Assembly (NCBI GenBank): GCA_964016885.1
Contig: OZ024743.1
Location: 247,380,001-247,444,000 of the forward strand
Direction: 5' to 3'
DNA: 64,000 nucleotides
DNA from: Eledone cirrhosa
Lineage: Eukaryota
The notes beneath the pieces are model-generated. The model was not told the origin of the DNA and searched no databases. It saw nothing but the letters and a program-made list of their open reading frames with translations. The position numbers were made by a program, and so were the translations under genes. This document shows, piece after piece, positions 1-14,600 of the stretch (position 1 is the first letter of the stretch; every line of letters begins with the position of its first letter).

Positions 1-3000
1 CAGCCGTCCAAGGGGAGATAATTTTTAAAAAAAATCAGGCGAAGATAATTTGTAAAAAAAAAATCAGGGGGAGATAATTTGTAAAAAAAAATCAGGGGTG
101 ATAATTTGTAAAAAAAATCAAGGGGAGATAATTTCCAGCCGTCCAAGGGAAGATAATTTCCAGCCCTCCAAGGGAAGATAACTTCCAGCCCTCCAAGGGG
201 CTATAATTTCCAGCGTCCAAGGGGAGATAATTTCCAGCCAGCGAAGGGGAGATAATTTTTTAAAAAAATCACTGGGAGATTTGTAAAAAAAATCAGGGGG
301 AGATAATTTGTAAAAAAAATCAAGGGGAGATAATTTCCAGCCGTCCAAAGAGAGATAATTTCTAGCCGTCCAAGGGGAGATAATTTCCAGCCAAGGGGAA
401 ATAATTTCCAGCCGTCCAAGGGGAGATAATTTCCAGCCGTGCAAGGGGAGATAATTTCCAGCCGTCCAAGGGGAGATAATTTCCATCCTTCCAAGGGGAG
501 ATAATTTCCAGGCGTCCAAGGGGAGATAATTTCCAGCCAGCGAAGGGGAGCACTGGGAGATTTGTAAAAAAAATCAGGGGTAGATAATTTGTAAAAAAAA
601 TCAGGGGGAGATAATTTGTAAAAAATCAAGGGGAGATAATTTCCAGCCGTCCAAGGGAAGATAATTTTCAGCCGTCCAAGGAGAGGTAATTTCTAGCCGT
701 TCAAGGGGAGATAATTTCCAGCCGTCCAAGGGGAGATAATTTCCAGCCGTCCAAGGGGAGATAATTTTTAAAAAAAATCAGGCGGAGCTAATTTGTAAAA
801 AAATAATCAGGGGCAGATAATTTGTAAAAAAAAATCAGGGGGAGATAATTTGTATACAAAATCAAGGGGAGATAATTTCCAGCCGTCCAAGGCGAGATAA
901 TTTCCAGCCGTCCAAGGGGAGATAATTTACAGCTGTCCAAGTAGAGGTAATTTCTAGGCGTCCAAGGGGAGATAATTTCCAGCCGTCCAAGGGGAGATAA
1001 TTTCCAGCCAGCCAAGGGGAGATAATTTCCAGCCAGCCAAGGGGAGATATTTGTAAAAAAAATCAGGGAGAGATAATTTGTAAAAAAAAAATCAGGGGTA
1101 GATAATTTGTAGAAGACATAAAGGGGAGATAATTTCCAGCCGTCCAAGGGGAGAAAATTTCCATCCAGCCAAGGGGAGATAATTTTAAAAAAAAAATCAG
1201 GCGGAGATAATTTGTAAAAAAAAATCAGGGGGAGATAATTAGTAAAAAAAATCAAGGGGAGATAATTTCCAGCCGTCCAAGGGGAGATAATTTCCAGCCC
1301 TACAAGCAGCTATAATTTCCAGCCGTCCAAAGGGAGATAATTTCCAGCCAGCGAAGGGGAGATAATTTATTTTTAAATTAGGGGGAAATTTGTAAAAAAA
1401 ATCAGGGGGAGATAATTTGTAAAAAAAATCAAGGGGAAATAATTTCCAGCCGTCCAAGGGGAGATAATTTCCAGCCGTCCAAGGGGAGATAATTTCCAGC
1501 CGTCCAAGGAGAGGTAATTTCTAGCCGTCCAAGGGGAGATAATTTCCAGCCGTCCAAGGGGAGATAATTTCCAGCCGTCCAAGGGGAGATAATTTCCAGC
1601 CGTTCAAGGGGAGATAATTTCCAGCCGTCCAAGAGGAGATAATTTTTTAAAAAAAATCAGGCGGAGATAATTTGTAAAAAAAAATCAGGGGGAGATAATT
1701 TGTAAAAAAAAATCGGGGAGATAATTCGTAAAAATAAATCAGGGGGAGATAACATGTAAAAAAAATCAAGGGGAGATAATTTCCAGCCGTCCAAGGGAAG
1801 ATAATTTCCAGCCCTCCAAGGGGCTATAATTTCCAGCGTCCAAGGGGAGATAATTTCCAGCCCTCCAAGGGGCTATAATTTCCAGCGTCCAAGGGGAGAT
1901 AATTTCCAGCCAGCGAAAGGGAGATCATTTTTTAAAAAAAGCAGGCGGAGATGATTTGTAAAAAAAATCAGGTGGAGATAATTTGTTAAAAAAAATCAGG
2001 GGGCGATAATTTCCAGCCGTCCAAGGGGAGATAATTTTCAGCCGTCCAAGGAGAGGTAATTTCTAGCCGTTCAAGGGGAGATAATTTCCAGCCGTCCAAG
2101 GGGAGATAATTTCCAGCCGTCCAAGGGGAGATAATTTTAAAAAAAAATCAGGCGGAGCTAATTTGTAAAAAAATAATCAGGGGCAGATAATTTGTAAAAA
2201 AAAATCAGGGGGAGATAATTTGTATACAAAATCAAGGGGAGATAATTTCCAGCCGTCCAAGGCGAGATAATTACCAGCCGTCCAAGGGGAGATAATTTAC
2301 AGCTGTCCAAGGAGAGGTAATTTCTAGGCGTCCAAGGGGAGATAATTTCCAGCCGTCCAAGGGGAGATCATTTCCAGCCTGCCAAGGGGAGATAATTTCC
2401 AGGCAGCCAAGGGGAGATATTTGTAAAAAAAAATCAGGGGGAGATAATTAGTAAAAAAAATCAAGGGGAGATAATTTCCAGCCGTCCAAGGGGAGATAAT
2501 TTCCAGCCCTACAAGCAGCTATAATTTCCAGCCGTCCAAAGGGAGATAATTTCCAGCCAGCGAAGGGGAGATAATTTTTTTTAAAATTAGGGGGAGATTT
2601 GTAAAAAAATCAGGGGGAGATAATTTCCAGCCGTCCAAGGGAAGATAATTTCCAGCCGTCCAAGGGGAGATAATTTCCAGCCGTCCAAGGAGAGGTAATT
2701 TCTAGCCGTCCAAGGGGAGATAAATTCCAGCCTCCAAGGGGAGATAATTTCCAGCCAGCCAAGGGGAGATAATTTGTAAAAAAATCAGGGGGAGATAATT
2801 TGTAAAAAAAATCAGGGGGAGATAATTTGTAAAAAAAAATCAGGGGGAGATAATTTGTAAAAAAAAATCAGGGGGAGATAATTTGTAAAAAAAATCAAGG
2901 GGAGATAATTTCCAGCCGTCCAAGGGGAGATAATTTCCAGCCGTCCAAGGGGAGATAATTTTTAAAAAAAAATCAGGCGGAGATAATTTATAAAAAAAAA

Positions 3001-5601
3001 ATCAGGGGGAGATAATTTGTAAAAAAAAATCGGGGAGATAATTTGTAAAAAAAAATCAGGGGGAGATAATATGTAAAAAAAATCAAGGGGAGATAATTTC
3101 CAGCCGTCCAAGGGAAGATAATTTCCAGCCCTCCAAGGGGCTATAATTTCCAGCGTCCAAGGAGGGATAATTTCCAGCCAGCGAAAGGGAGATAATTTTT
3201 TTTTAAAAATCACTGTGAGATTTGTAAAAAAAATCAGGGGGAGATAATTTGTAAAAAAAATCAAGGGGAGATAATTTCCAGCCAAGGGGAGATAATTTCC
3301 AGCCGTCCAAGGGGAGATAATTTCCAGCCGTGCAAGGGGAGATAATTTCCAGCCGTCCAAGGGGAGATAATTTCCATCCTTCCAAGGGGAGATAATTTCC
3401 AGCCGTCCAAGGGGAGATTATTTCCCGCCAGCCAAGGGAAGATAATATTTAAAAAAATCAGGCGGAGATAATTTGTAAAATAAATTAGGGGGAGATAATT
3501 TGTAAAAAAATCAGGGGGAGATAATTTGTAAAAAAGATCAGGTGGAGATAATTTGTAAAAAAAAATCAGGGGTAGATAATATGTAAAATAAAATCAGGGG
3601 GAGATAATTTGTAAAAAAAAAATCAGGGGGAGATAATTTGTAAAAAAAATCAAGGGGAGATAATTTTCAGCCGTCCAAGGAGAGGTAATTTCTAGCCGTC
3701 CAAGGGGAGATAATTTCAAGCCGTCCAAGGGGAGATAATTTCCAGCCGTCCAAGGGGAGATAATTTTTTAAAAAAAATCAGGCGGAGATAATTTGTAAAA
3801 AAAAAATCAGGGGGAGATAATTTGTAAAAAAAAATCAGGGGGAGATAATTTGTAAAAAAATCAAGGGGAGATAATTTCCAGCCGTCCAAGGGAAGATAAT
3901 TTCCAGCCTCCAAGGGGCTATAATTTCCAGCGTCCAAGGGGAGATAATTTCCAGCCAGCGAAGGGGAGATAATTTTTTTTAAAAAAATCACTGGGAGATT
4001 TGTAAAAAAAATCAGGGGGAGATAATTTGTAAAAAGAATCAAGGGGAGATAATTTCCAGCCAAGGGGAGATAATTTCCAGCCGTCCAAGGGGAGATAATT
4101 TTTTAAAATATCAGGTGGAGATAATTTGTAAAAAAAATCAGGGGGAGATAATTTGTAAAAACAAAATCAAGGGCAGATAATTTCCAGCCGTCCAAGGGGA
4201 GATAATTTCCAGCCGTGCAAGGGGAGATAATTTGTAAAAAAAATCAGGGGGAGATAATTTCCAGCCGTCCAAGGGGAGATAATTTTCAGCCGTCCAAGGA
4301 GAGGTAATTTCTAGCCGTCCAAGGGAAGATAATTTCCAGCCGTGCAAGGGGAGATAATTTCCAGCCGTCCAAGGGGAGATAATTTCCAGCCAGCGAAGGA
4401 AGATAATTTATAGCCGTCCAAGGGGAGATAATTTCCAGCAAGCCAAGGGAGATAATTTTTAAAAAAAATCAGGCGGAGATGATTTGTAAAAAAAAATCAG
4501 GGGGCGATAATTTCCAGCCGTCCAAGGGGAGATAATTTCCAGCCGTCCAAGGGGAGATAATTTTTTTTTTATAGCCGTCCAAGGGGAGATAATTTCCAGC
4601 AAGCCAAGGGAGATAATTTTTTAAAAAAATCAGGCGGAGATAATTTGTTAAAAAAAATCAGGGGGCGATAATTTCCAGCCGTCCAAGGGGAGATAATTTC
4701 CAGCCGTCCAAGGGGAGATAATTTTTTTTTTAAATCAGGGAAGATAATTTGTAAAAAAAATCAGGGGGAGATAATTTGTGAAAAAATCAGGGGGAGATAA
4801 TTTGTAAAAAAAAATCAGGGGGAGCTAATTTGTAAAAAATATCAGTGGGAGATAATTTCCAGCCAGCCAAGGGGAGATAATTTGTAAAAAAAATCAATGG
4901 GAGATAATTTCCAGCCGTCCAAGGGGAGATAATTTCCAGCCAGCCAAGGGGAGATAATTTCCAGCCAGCCAAGGGGAGATATTTGTAAAAAAAAATCAGG
5001 GAGAGATAATTTGTAAAAAAAAAATCAGGGGGAGATAATTTGTAAAAAAAAATCAGGGGGAGATAATTTGTAAAAAAATCAAGGGGAGATAATTTCCAGC
5101 CGTCCAAGGGAAGATAATTTCCAGCCTCCAAGGGGCTATAATTTCCAGCGTCCAAGGGGAGATAATTTCCAGCCAGCGAAGGGGAGATAATTTCCAGCCA
5201 GCGAAGGGGAGATAATTTTTTTTAAAAAATCAGGCGGAGATAATTTGTAAAAAAAAATCAGGGTGAGATAATTAGTGAAAAAAATCAAGGGGAGATAATT
5301 TCCAGCCGTCCAAGGGGAGATAATTTCCAGCCCTACAAGCGGCTATAATTTCCAGCCGTCCAAAGGAAGATAATTTCCAGCCAGCGAAGGGGAGATAATT
5401 TTTTTTAAATTAGGGGGAGATTTGTAAAAAAAAATCAGGGGGTTGATAATTTGTAAAAAAAATCAAGGGGAATTAATTTCCAGCCGTCCAAGGGGAGATA
5501 ATTTCCAGCCGTCCAAGGGCAGATAATTTCCAGCCGTCCAAGGAGAGGTAATATCTAGCCGTCCAAGGGGAGATAATTTCCAGCCGTCCAAGGGGAGATA
5601 A

Positions 5602-8600
5602 TTTCCAGCCGTCCAAGGGGAGATAATTTCCAGCCGTCCAAGGAGACATAATTTCCAGCCGTCCAAGGAGAGGTAATTTCTAGCCGTCCAAGGGGAGATA
5701 AATTCCAGCCTCCAAGGGGAGATAATTTCCAGCCAGCCAAGGGGAGATAATTTGTAAAAAAAATCAGGAGATAATTTTCAACCAGCGAAGGGGAGATAAT
5801 TTTTTTTAAAAAATCACTGGGAGATTTGTAAAAAAAATCAGGGGGAGATAATTTGTAAAAAAATATCAGGGGGAGATAATTTGTAAAAAAAAATCAAGGG
5901 GAGATAATTTCCAGCCGTCCAAGGGGAGATAATTTTCAGCCGTCCAAGGAGAGGTAATTTCTAGCCGTCCAAGGGGAGATAATTTCCAGCCGTCCAAGGG
6001 GAGATAATTTCCAGCCGTCCAAGGGGAGATAATTTTAAAAAAAAATCAGGCGGAGATAATTTGTAAAAAAAAAATCAGGGGGAGATAATTTGTAGAAAAA
6101 AATCAGGGGGAGATAATTTGTAAAAAAAATCAAGGGGAGATAATTTCCAGCCGTCCAAGGGGAGATAATTTTCAGCCGTCCAAGGAGAGGTAATTCTAGC
6201 CGTCCAAGGGAAGATAATTTCCAGCCCTCCAAGGGAAGATAAATTCCAGCCCTCCAAGGGGCTATAATTTCCAGCGTCCAAGGGGAGATAATTTCCAGCC
6301 AGCGAAGGGGAGATAATTTAAAAAAAAAAATCACTGGGAGATTTGTAAAAAAAATCAGGGGGAGATAATTTGTAAAAAAAAATCAAGGGGAGATAAGTTC
6401 CAGCCGTCCAAAGAGAGATAATTTCTAGCCGTCGAAGGGGAGATAATTTCCAGCCGTCCAAGGGGAGATAATTTCCAGCAGTGCAAGGGGAGATAATTTC
6501 CAGCCGTCCAAGGGGAGATAATTTCCATCCTTCCAAGGGGAGATAATTTCCAGCCGTCCAAGGGGAGATAATTTCCCGCCAGCCAAGGGAAGATAATATT
6601 TAAAAAAATCAGGCGGAGATAATTTGAAAAAAAAATCAGGGGAGATAATTTGTAAAAAAATCAGGGGGAGATAATTTGTAAAAAAAATCAGGGGGAGATA
6701 ATTTGTAAAAAAAATCAGGGGGAGATAATTTGTAAAAACAAAATCAAGGGCAGATAATTTCCAGCCGTCCAAGGGGAGATAATTTTCAGCCGTCCAAGGA
6801 GAGGTAATTTCTAGCCGTCCAAGGGGAGATAATTTCCAGCCGTCCAATGGGAGATAATTTCCAGCCGTCCAAGGGGAGATAATTTCCAGCCAGCGAAGGG
6901 GAGATAATTTTTTTAAAAAATCATTGGGAGATTTGTAAAAAAAATCAGGGGGAGATAATTTGTAAAAAAAATCAAGGGGAGATAATTTCCAGCCGTCCAA
7001 AGAGAGATAATTTCTAGCCGTCCAAGGAGGGATAACTTCCAGCCAACGGGAGATAATTTCCAGCCGTCCAAGGGGAGATAATTTTTTCAAAAATCAGGAG
7101 ATAATTTGTAAAAAAAATCAGGGGGAGATAATTTGTAAAAACAAAATCAAGGGCAGATAATTTCCAGCCGTCCAAGCGGAGATAATTTCCAGCCGTGTAA
7201 GGGGAGATAATTTGTAAAAAAAATCAGGGGGAGATAATTTCCAGCCGTCCAAGGGGAGATAATTTCCAGCCGTCCAAGGAGAGATAATTTCCAGCCGTGC
7301 AAGGGGAGATAATTTCCAGCCGTCCAAGGGGAGATAATTTCCATCCTTCCAAGGGGAGATAATTTCCAGCCGTCCAAGGGGAGATAATTTCCATCCAGCC
7401 AAGGGGAGATAATTTTAAAAAAATCAGGCGGAGATAATTTGTAAAAACAAAAATCAGGGGGAGATAATTTGTAAAAAAAAATCAGGGGGAGATAATTTGT
7501 AAAAAAATCAGGGGTAGATAATTTGTAAAAAAAATCAAGGGGAGATAATTTCCAGCCAGCGAAGGGGAGATAATTTTTTTTTTTAAATCAGGGGTAGATT
7601 GGTAAAAAAAAATCACGGGGAGATAATTTGTAAAAAAATCAAGGGGAGATAATTTCCAGCCGTCGAAGGAGAGATAATTTATAGCCGTCCAAGGGGAGAT
7701 AATTTCCAACAAGCCAAGGGAGATAATTTAAAAAAAAAATCAGGCGGAGATGATTTTAAAAAAAAAATCAGGTGGAGATAATTTGTTAAAAAAAATCAGG
7801 GGTCGATAATTTCCAGCCGTCCAAGGGGAGATAATTTTTTTTTTAAATCAGGGGAGATAATTTGTAAAAAAAATCAGGGGGAGATAATTTGTGAAAAAAA
7901 TCAGGGGGAGATAATTTGTAAAAAAAAACAGGGGGAGCTAATTTGTAAAAAAATATCAGGGGGAGATAATTTCCAGCCAGCCAAGGGGAGATAATTTCCA
8001 GCCAGCCAAGGGGAGATAATTTGTAAAAAAAAATCAATGGGAGATAATTTCCAGCCGTCCAAGGGGAGATAATTTCCAGCCGTCCAAGGGGAGATAATTT
8101 TTAAAAAATAATCAGGCGGAGATAAGTTGCAAAAAAAAATCAGGTGGAGATAATTTGTAAAAAAAAATCAGGGGGAGATAATTTCCAGTCGTCCAAAGAG
8201 AGATAATTTCTAGCCGTCCAAGGGGAGATAATTTCCAGCCAAGGGGAGATAATTTCCAGCCGTCCAAGGGGAGATAATTTTAAAAAAAATCAGGTGGAGA
8301 TAATTTGTAAAAAAATCAGGCGGAGATAATTTGTAAAAAAAAAATCAGGGGGAGATAATTTGTAAAAAAAATCAGGGGTAGATAATTTGTAAAAAAAAAT
8401 CAGGGGTAGATAATTTGTAAAAAAAAATCAGGGGGAGATAATTTGTAAAAAAAATCAAGGGGAAATAATTTCTAGCCGTCCAAGGGGAGATAATTTCCAG
8501 CCGTCCAAGGGGAGATAATTTCCAGCCGTCCAAGGAGAGGTAATTTCTAGCCGTCCAAGGGGAGATAATTTCCAGCCGTCCAAGGGGAGATAATTTCCAG

Positions 8601-11600
8601 CCGTCCAAGGGGAGATAATTTCCAGCCGTTCAAGGGGAGATAATTTCCAGCCGTCCAAGGAGAGGTAATTTCTAGCCGTCCAAGGGGAGATAATTTCCAG
8701 CCGTCCAAGGGGAGATAAATTCCAGCCTCCAAGGGGAGATAATTTCCAGCCAGCCAAGGGGAGATAATTTGTAAAAAAAAATCAGGGGGAGATAATTTGT
8801 AAAAAAAAATCAGAGGGAGATAATTTGTAAAAAAAATCAAGGGGAGATAATTTCCAGCCGTCCAAGGGGAGATAATTTTCAGCCGTCCAAGGAGAGGTAA
8901 TTTCTAGCCGTCCAAGGGGAGTTAATTTCCAGCCGTCCAAGGGGAGATAATTTCCAGCCGTCCAAGGGGAGATAATTTTTTTAAAAAAATCAGGCGGAGA
9001 TAATTTGTAAAAAAAAAATCAGGGGGAGATAATTTGTAAAAAAAAATCAGGGGGAGATAATATGTAACAAAAATCAAGGGGAGATAATTTCCAGCCGTCC
9101 AAGGGAAGATAATTTCCAGCCCTCCAAGGGGCTATAATTTCCAGCGTCCAAGGGGAGATAATTTCCAGCAAACGGGAGATAATTTCCAGCCGTCCAAGGG
9201 GAGATAATTTTTTCAAAAATCAGGAGATAATTTGTAAAAAAAAACAGTGGGAGATAATTTGTAAAAACAAAATCAAGGGCAGATAATTTCGAGCCGTCCA
9301 AGGGGAGATAATTTCCAGCCGTGCAAGGGGAGATAATTTGTAAAAAAAATCAGGGGGAGATAATTTCCAGCCGTCCAAGGGGAGATAATTTTCAGCCGTC
9401 CAAGCAGAGGTAATTTCTAGCCGTCCAAGGGGAGATAATTTCCAGCCGTGCAAGGGGAGATAATTTCCAGCCGTCCAAGGGGAGATAATTTCCATCCTTC
9501 CAAGGGGAGATAATTTCCAGCCGTCCAAGGGGAGATAATTTCCATCCAGCCAAGGCGAGATAATTTTAAAAAAATCAGGCGGAGATAATTTGTAAAAAAA
9601 AAAATCAGGGGGAGATAATTTGTAAAAAAAAATCAGGGGGAGATAATTTGTAAAAAAATCAGGGGTAGATAATTTGTTAAAAAAAATCAGGGGGATATAA
9701 TTTGTAAAAAAATCAAGGGGAGATAATTTCCAGCCGTCGAAGGAGAGATAATTTATAGCCGTCCAAGGGAGATAATTTTTTAAAAAAATCAGGCGGAGAT
9801 GATTTGTTAAAAAAAATCAGGGGGCGATAATTTCCAGCCGTCCAAGGGGAGATAATTTCCAGCCGTCCAAGGGGAGATAATTTTTTTTTTTAAATCAGGG
9901 GAGATAATTTGTAAAAAAAATCAGGGGGAGATAATTTGTGAAAAAAATCAGGGGGAGATAGTTTGTAAAAAAATATCAGGGGGAGATAATTTCCAGCCAG
10001 CCAAGGGGAGATAATTTGTAAAAAAAAATCAATGGGAGATAATTTCCAGCCGTCCAAGGGGAGATAATTTCCAGCCGTCCAAGTGGAGATAATTTCCAGC
10101 CGTCCAAGGGGAGATAATTTCCAGCAGTGCAAGGGGAGATAATTTCCAGCCGTCCAAGGGGAGATAATTTCCATCCTTCCAAAGGGAGATAATTTCCCGC
10201 CAGCCAAGGGAAGATAATATTTAAAAAAATCAGGCGGAGATAATTTGTAAAAAAAATCAGGGGGAGATAATTTGTAAAAAAATCAGGGGGAGATAATTTG
10301 TAAAAAAAAAATCAGGGGGAGATAGTTTGTAAAAAAAATAAGGGGGATATAATTTGTAAAAAAAAATCAGGGGTAGATAATTTGTAAAAAAAAATCAGGG
10401 GTAGATAATTTGTAAAAAAAAATCAGGAGGAGATAATTTGTAAAAAAAATCAAGGGGAGATAATTTCCAGCCGTCCAAGGGAAGATAATTTCCAGCCCTC
10501 CAAGGGGCTATAATTTCCAGTGTCCAAGGGGAGATAATTTCTAGCCAGCGAAGGGGAGACAATTTTTTAAAAAAATCAAGGGGAGATTTGTAAAAAAAAT
10601 CAGAGGGAGATAATTTGTAAAAAAAATCAAAGGGAGATAATTTCCAGCCGTCCAAAGAGAGATAATTTCTAGCCGTCCAAGGGGAGATAATTTCCAGCCA
10701 AGGGGAGATAATTTCCAGCCGTCCAAGGGGAGATAATTTTTTAAAAAATCAGGTGGAGATAATTTGTAAAAAAAATCAGGGGGAGATAATTTGTAAAAAC
10801 AAAATCAAGGGCAGATAATTTCCAGCTGTCCAAGGGGAGATAATTTCCAGCCGTGCAAGGGGAGATAGTTTCCAGCCGTCCAAGGGGAGATAATTTCCAG
10901 CCGTCCAAGGAGACATAATTTCCAGCCGTCCAAGGAGAGGTAATTTCTAGCCGTCCAAGGGGAGATAAATTCCAGCCTCCAAGGGGAGATAATTTCCAGC
11001 CAGCCAAGGGGAGATAATTTGTAAAAAAAATCAGGAGATAATTTTCAACCAGCGAAGGGGAGATAATTTTTTTTAAAAAATCACTGGGAGATTTGTAAAA
11101 AAAATCAGGGGGAGATAATTTGTAAAAAAATATCAGGGGGAGATAATTTGTAAAAAAAAATCAAGGGGAGATAATTTCCAGCCGTCCAAGGGGAGATAAT
11201 TTTCAGCCGTCCAAGGAGAGGTAATTTCTAGCCGTCCAAGGGGAGATAATTTCCAGCCGTCCAAGGGGAGATAATTTCCAGCCGTCCAAGGGGAGATAAT
11301 TTTAAAAAAAAATCAGGCGGAGATAATTTGTAAAAAAAAAATCAGGGGGAGATAATTTGTAGAAAAAAATCAGGGGGAGATAATTTGTAAAAAAAATCAA
11401 GGGGAGATAATTTCCAGCCGTCCAAGGGGAGATAATTTTCAGCCGTCCAAGGAGAGGTAATTCTAGCCGTCCAAGGGAAGATAATTTCCAGCCCTCCAAG
11501 GGAAGATAAATTCCAGCCCTCCAAGGGGCTATAATTTCCAGCGTCCAAGGGGAGATAATTTCCAGCCAGCGAAGGGGAGATAATTTAAAAAAAAAAATCA

Positions 11601-14600
11601 CTGGGAGATTTGTAAAAAAAATCAGGGGGAGATAATTTGTAAAAAAAAATCAAGGGGAGATAAGTTCCAGCCGTCCAAAGAGAGATAATTTCTAGCCGTC
11701 GAAGGGGAGATAATTTCCAGCCGTCCAAGGGGAGATAATTTCCAGCAGTGCAAGGGGAGATAATTTCCAGCCGTCCAAGGGGAGATAATTTCCATCCTTC
11801 CAAGGGGAGATAATTTCCAGCCGTCCAAGGGGAGATAATTTCCCGCCAGCCAAGGGAAGATAATATTTAAAAAAATCAGGCGGAGATAATTTGAAAAAAA
11901 AATCAGGGGAGATAATTTGTAAAAAAATCAGGGGGAGATAATTTGTAAAAAAAATCAGGGGGAGATAATTTGTAAAAAAAATCAGGGGGAGATAATTTGT
12001 AAAAACAAAATCAAGGGCAGATAATTTCCAGCCGTCCAAGGGGAGATAATTTTCAGCCGTCCAAGGAGAGGTAATTTCTAGCCGTCCAAGGGGAGATAAT
12101 TTCCAGCCGTCCAATGGGAGATAATTTCCAGCCGTCCAAGGGGAGATAATTTCCAGCCAGCGAAGGGGAGATAATTTTTTTAAAAAATCATTGGGAGATT
12201 TGTAAAAAAAATCAGGGGGAGATAATTTGTAAAAAAAATCAAGGGGAGATAATTTCCAGCCGTCCAAAGAGAGATAATTTCTAGCCGTCCAAGGAGGGAT
12301 AACTTCCAGCCAACGGGAGATAATTTCCAGCCGTCCAAGGGGAGATAATTTTTTCAAAAATCAGGAGATAATTTGTAAAAAAAATCAGGGGGAGATAATT
12401 TGTAAAAACAAAATCAAGGGCAGATAATTTCCAGCCGTCCAAGCGGAGATAATTTCCAGCCGTGTAAGGGGAGATAATTTGTAAAAAAAATCAGGGGGAG
12501 ATAATTTCCAGCCGTCCAAGGGGAGATAATTTCCAGCCGTCCAAGGAGAGATAATTTCCAGCCGTGCAAGGGGAGATAATTTCCAGCCGTCCAAGGGGAG
12601 ATAATTTCCATCCTTCCAAGGGGAGATAATTTCCAGCCGTCCAAGGGGAGATAATTTCCATCCAGCCAAGGGGAGATAATTTTAAAAAAATCAGGCGGAG
12701 ATAATTTGTAAAAACAAAAATCAGGGGGAGATAATTTGTAAAAAAAAATCAGGGGGAGATAATTTGTAAAAAAATCAGGGGTAGATAATTTGTAAAAAAA
12801 ATCAAGGGGAGATAATTTCCAGCCAGCGAAGGGGAGATAATTTTTTTTTTAAATCAGGGGTAGATTGGTAAAAAAAAATCACGGGGAGATAATTTGTAAA
12901 AAAATCAAGGGGAGATAATTTCCAGCCGTCGAAGGAGAGATAATTTATAGCCGTCCAAGGGGAGATAATTTCCAACAAGCCAAGGGAGATAATTTAAAAA
13001 AAAAATCAGGCGGAGATGATTTTAAAAAAAAAATCAGGTGGAGATAATTTGTTAAAAAAAATCAGGGGTCGATAATTTCCAGCCGTCCAAGGGGAGATAA
13101 TTTTTTTTTTAAATCAGGGGAGATAATTTGTAAAAAAAATCAGGGGGAGATAATTTGTGAAAAAAATCAGGGGGAGATAATTTGTAAAAAAAAACAGGGG
13201 GAGCTAATTTGTAAAAAAATATCAGGGGGAGATAATTTCCAGCCAGCCAAGGGGAGATAATTTCCAGCCAGCCAAGGGGAGATAATTTGTAAAAAAAAAT
13301 CAATGGGAGATAATTTCCAGCCGTCCAAGGGGAGATAATTTCCAGCCGTCCAAGGGGAGATAATTTTTAAAAAATAATCAGGCGGAGATAAGTTGCAAAA
13401 AAAAATCAGGTGGAGATAATTTGTAAAAAAAAATCAGGGGGAGATAATTTCCAGTCGTCCAAAGAGAGATAATTTCTAGCCGTCCAAGGGGAGATAATTT
13501 CCAGCCAAGGGGAGATAATTTCCAGCCGTCCAAGGGGAGATAACTTTTAAAAAAATCAGGTGGAGATAATTTGTAAAAAAATCAGGCGGAGATAATTTGT
13601 AAAAAAAAAATCAGGGGGAGATAATTTGTAAAAAAAATCAGGGGTAGATAATTTGTAAAAAAAAATCAGGGGTAGATAATTTGTAAAAAAAAATCAGGGG
13701 GAGATAATTTGTAAAAAAAATCAAGGGGAAATAATTTCTAGCCGTCCAAGGGGAGATAATTTCCAGCCGTCCAAGGGGAGATAATTTCCAGCCGTCCAAG
13801 GAGAGGTAATTTCTAGCCGTCCAAGGGGAGATAATTTCCAGCCGTCCAAGGGGAGATAATTTCCAGCCGTCCAAGGGGAGATAATTTCCAGCCGTTCAAG
13901 GGGAGATAATTTCCAGCCGTCCAAGGAGAGGTAATTTCTAGCCGTCCAAGGGGAGATAATTTCCAGCCGTCCAAGGGGAGATAAATTCCAGCCTCCAAGG
14001 GGAGATAATTTCCAGCCAGCCAAGGGGAGATAATTTGTAAAAAAAAATCAGGGGGAGATAATTTGTAAAAAAAAATCAGAGGGAGATAATTTGTAAAAAA
14101 AATCAAGGGGAGATAATTTCCAGCCGTCCAAGGGGAGATAATTTTCAGCCGTCCAAGGAGAGGTAATTTCTAGCCGTCCAAGGGGAGTTAATTTCCAGCC
14201 GTCCAAGGGGAGATAATTTCCAGCCGTCCAAGGGGAGATAATTTTTTTAAAAAAATCAGGCGGAGATAATTTGTAAAAAAAAAATCAGGGGGAGATAATT
14301 TGTAAAAAAAAATCAGGGGGAGATAATATGTAACAAAAATCAAGGGGAGATAATTTCCAGCCGTCCAAGGGAAGATAATTTCCAGCCCTCCAAGGGGCTA
14401 TAATTTCCAGCGTCCAAGGGGAGATAATTTCCAGCAAACGGGAGATAATTTCCAGCCGTCCAAGGGGAGATAATTTTTTCAAAAATCAGGAGATAATTTG
14501 TAAAAAAAATCAGTGGGAGATAATTTGTAAAAACAAAATCAAGGGCAGATAATTTCGAGCCGTCCAAGGGGAGATAATTTCCAGCCGTGCAAGGGGAGAT

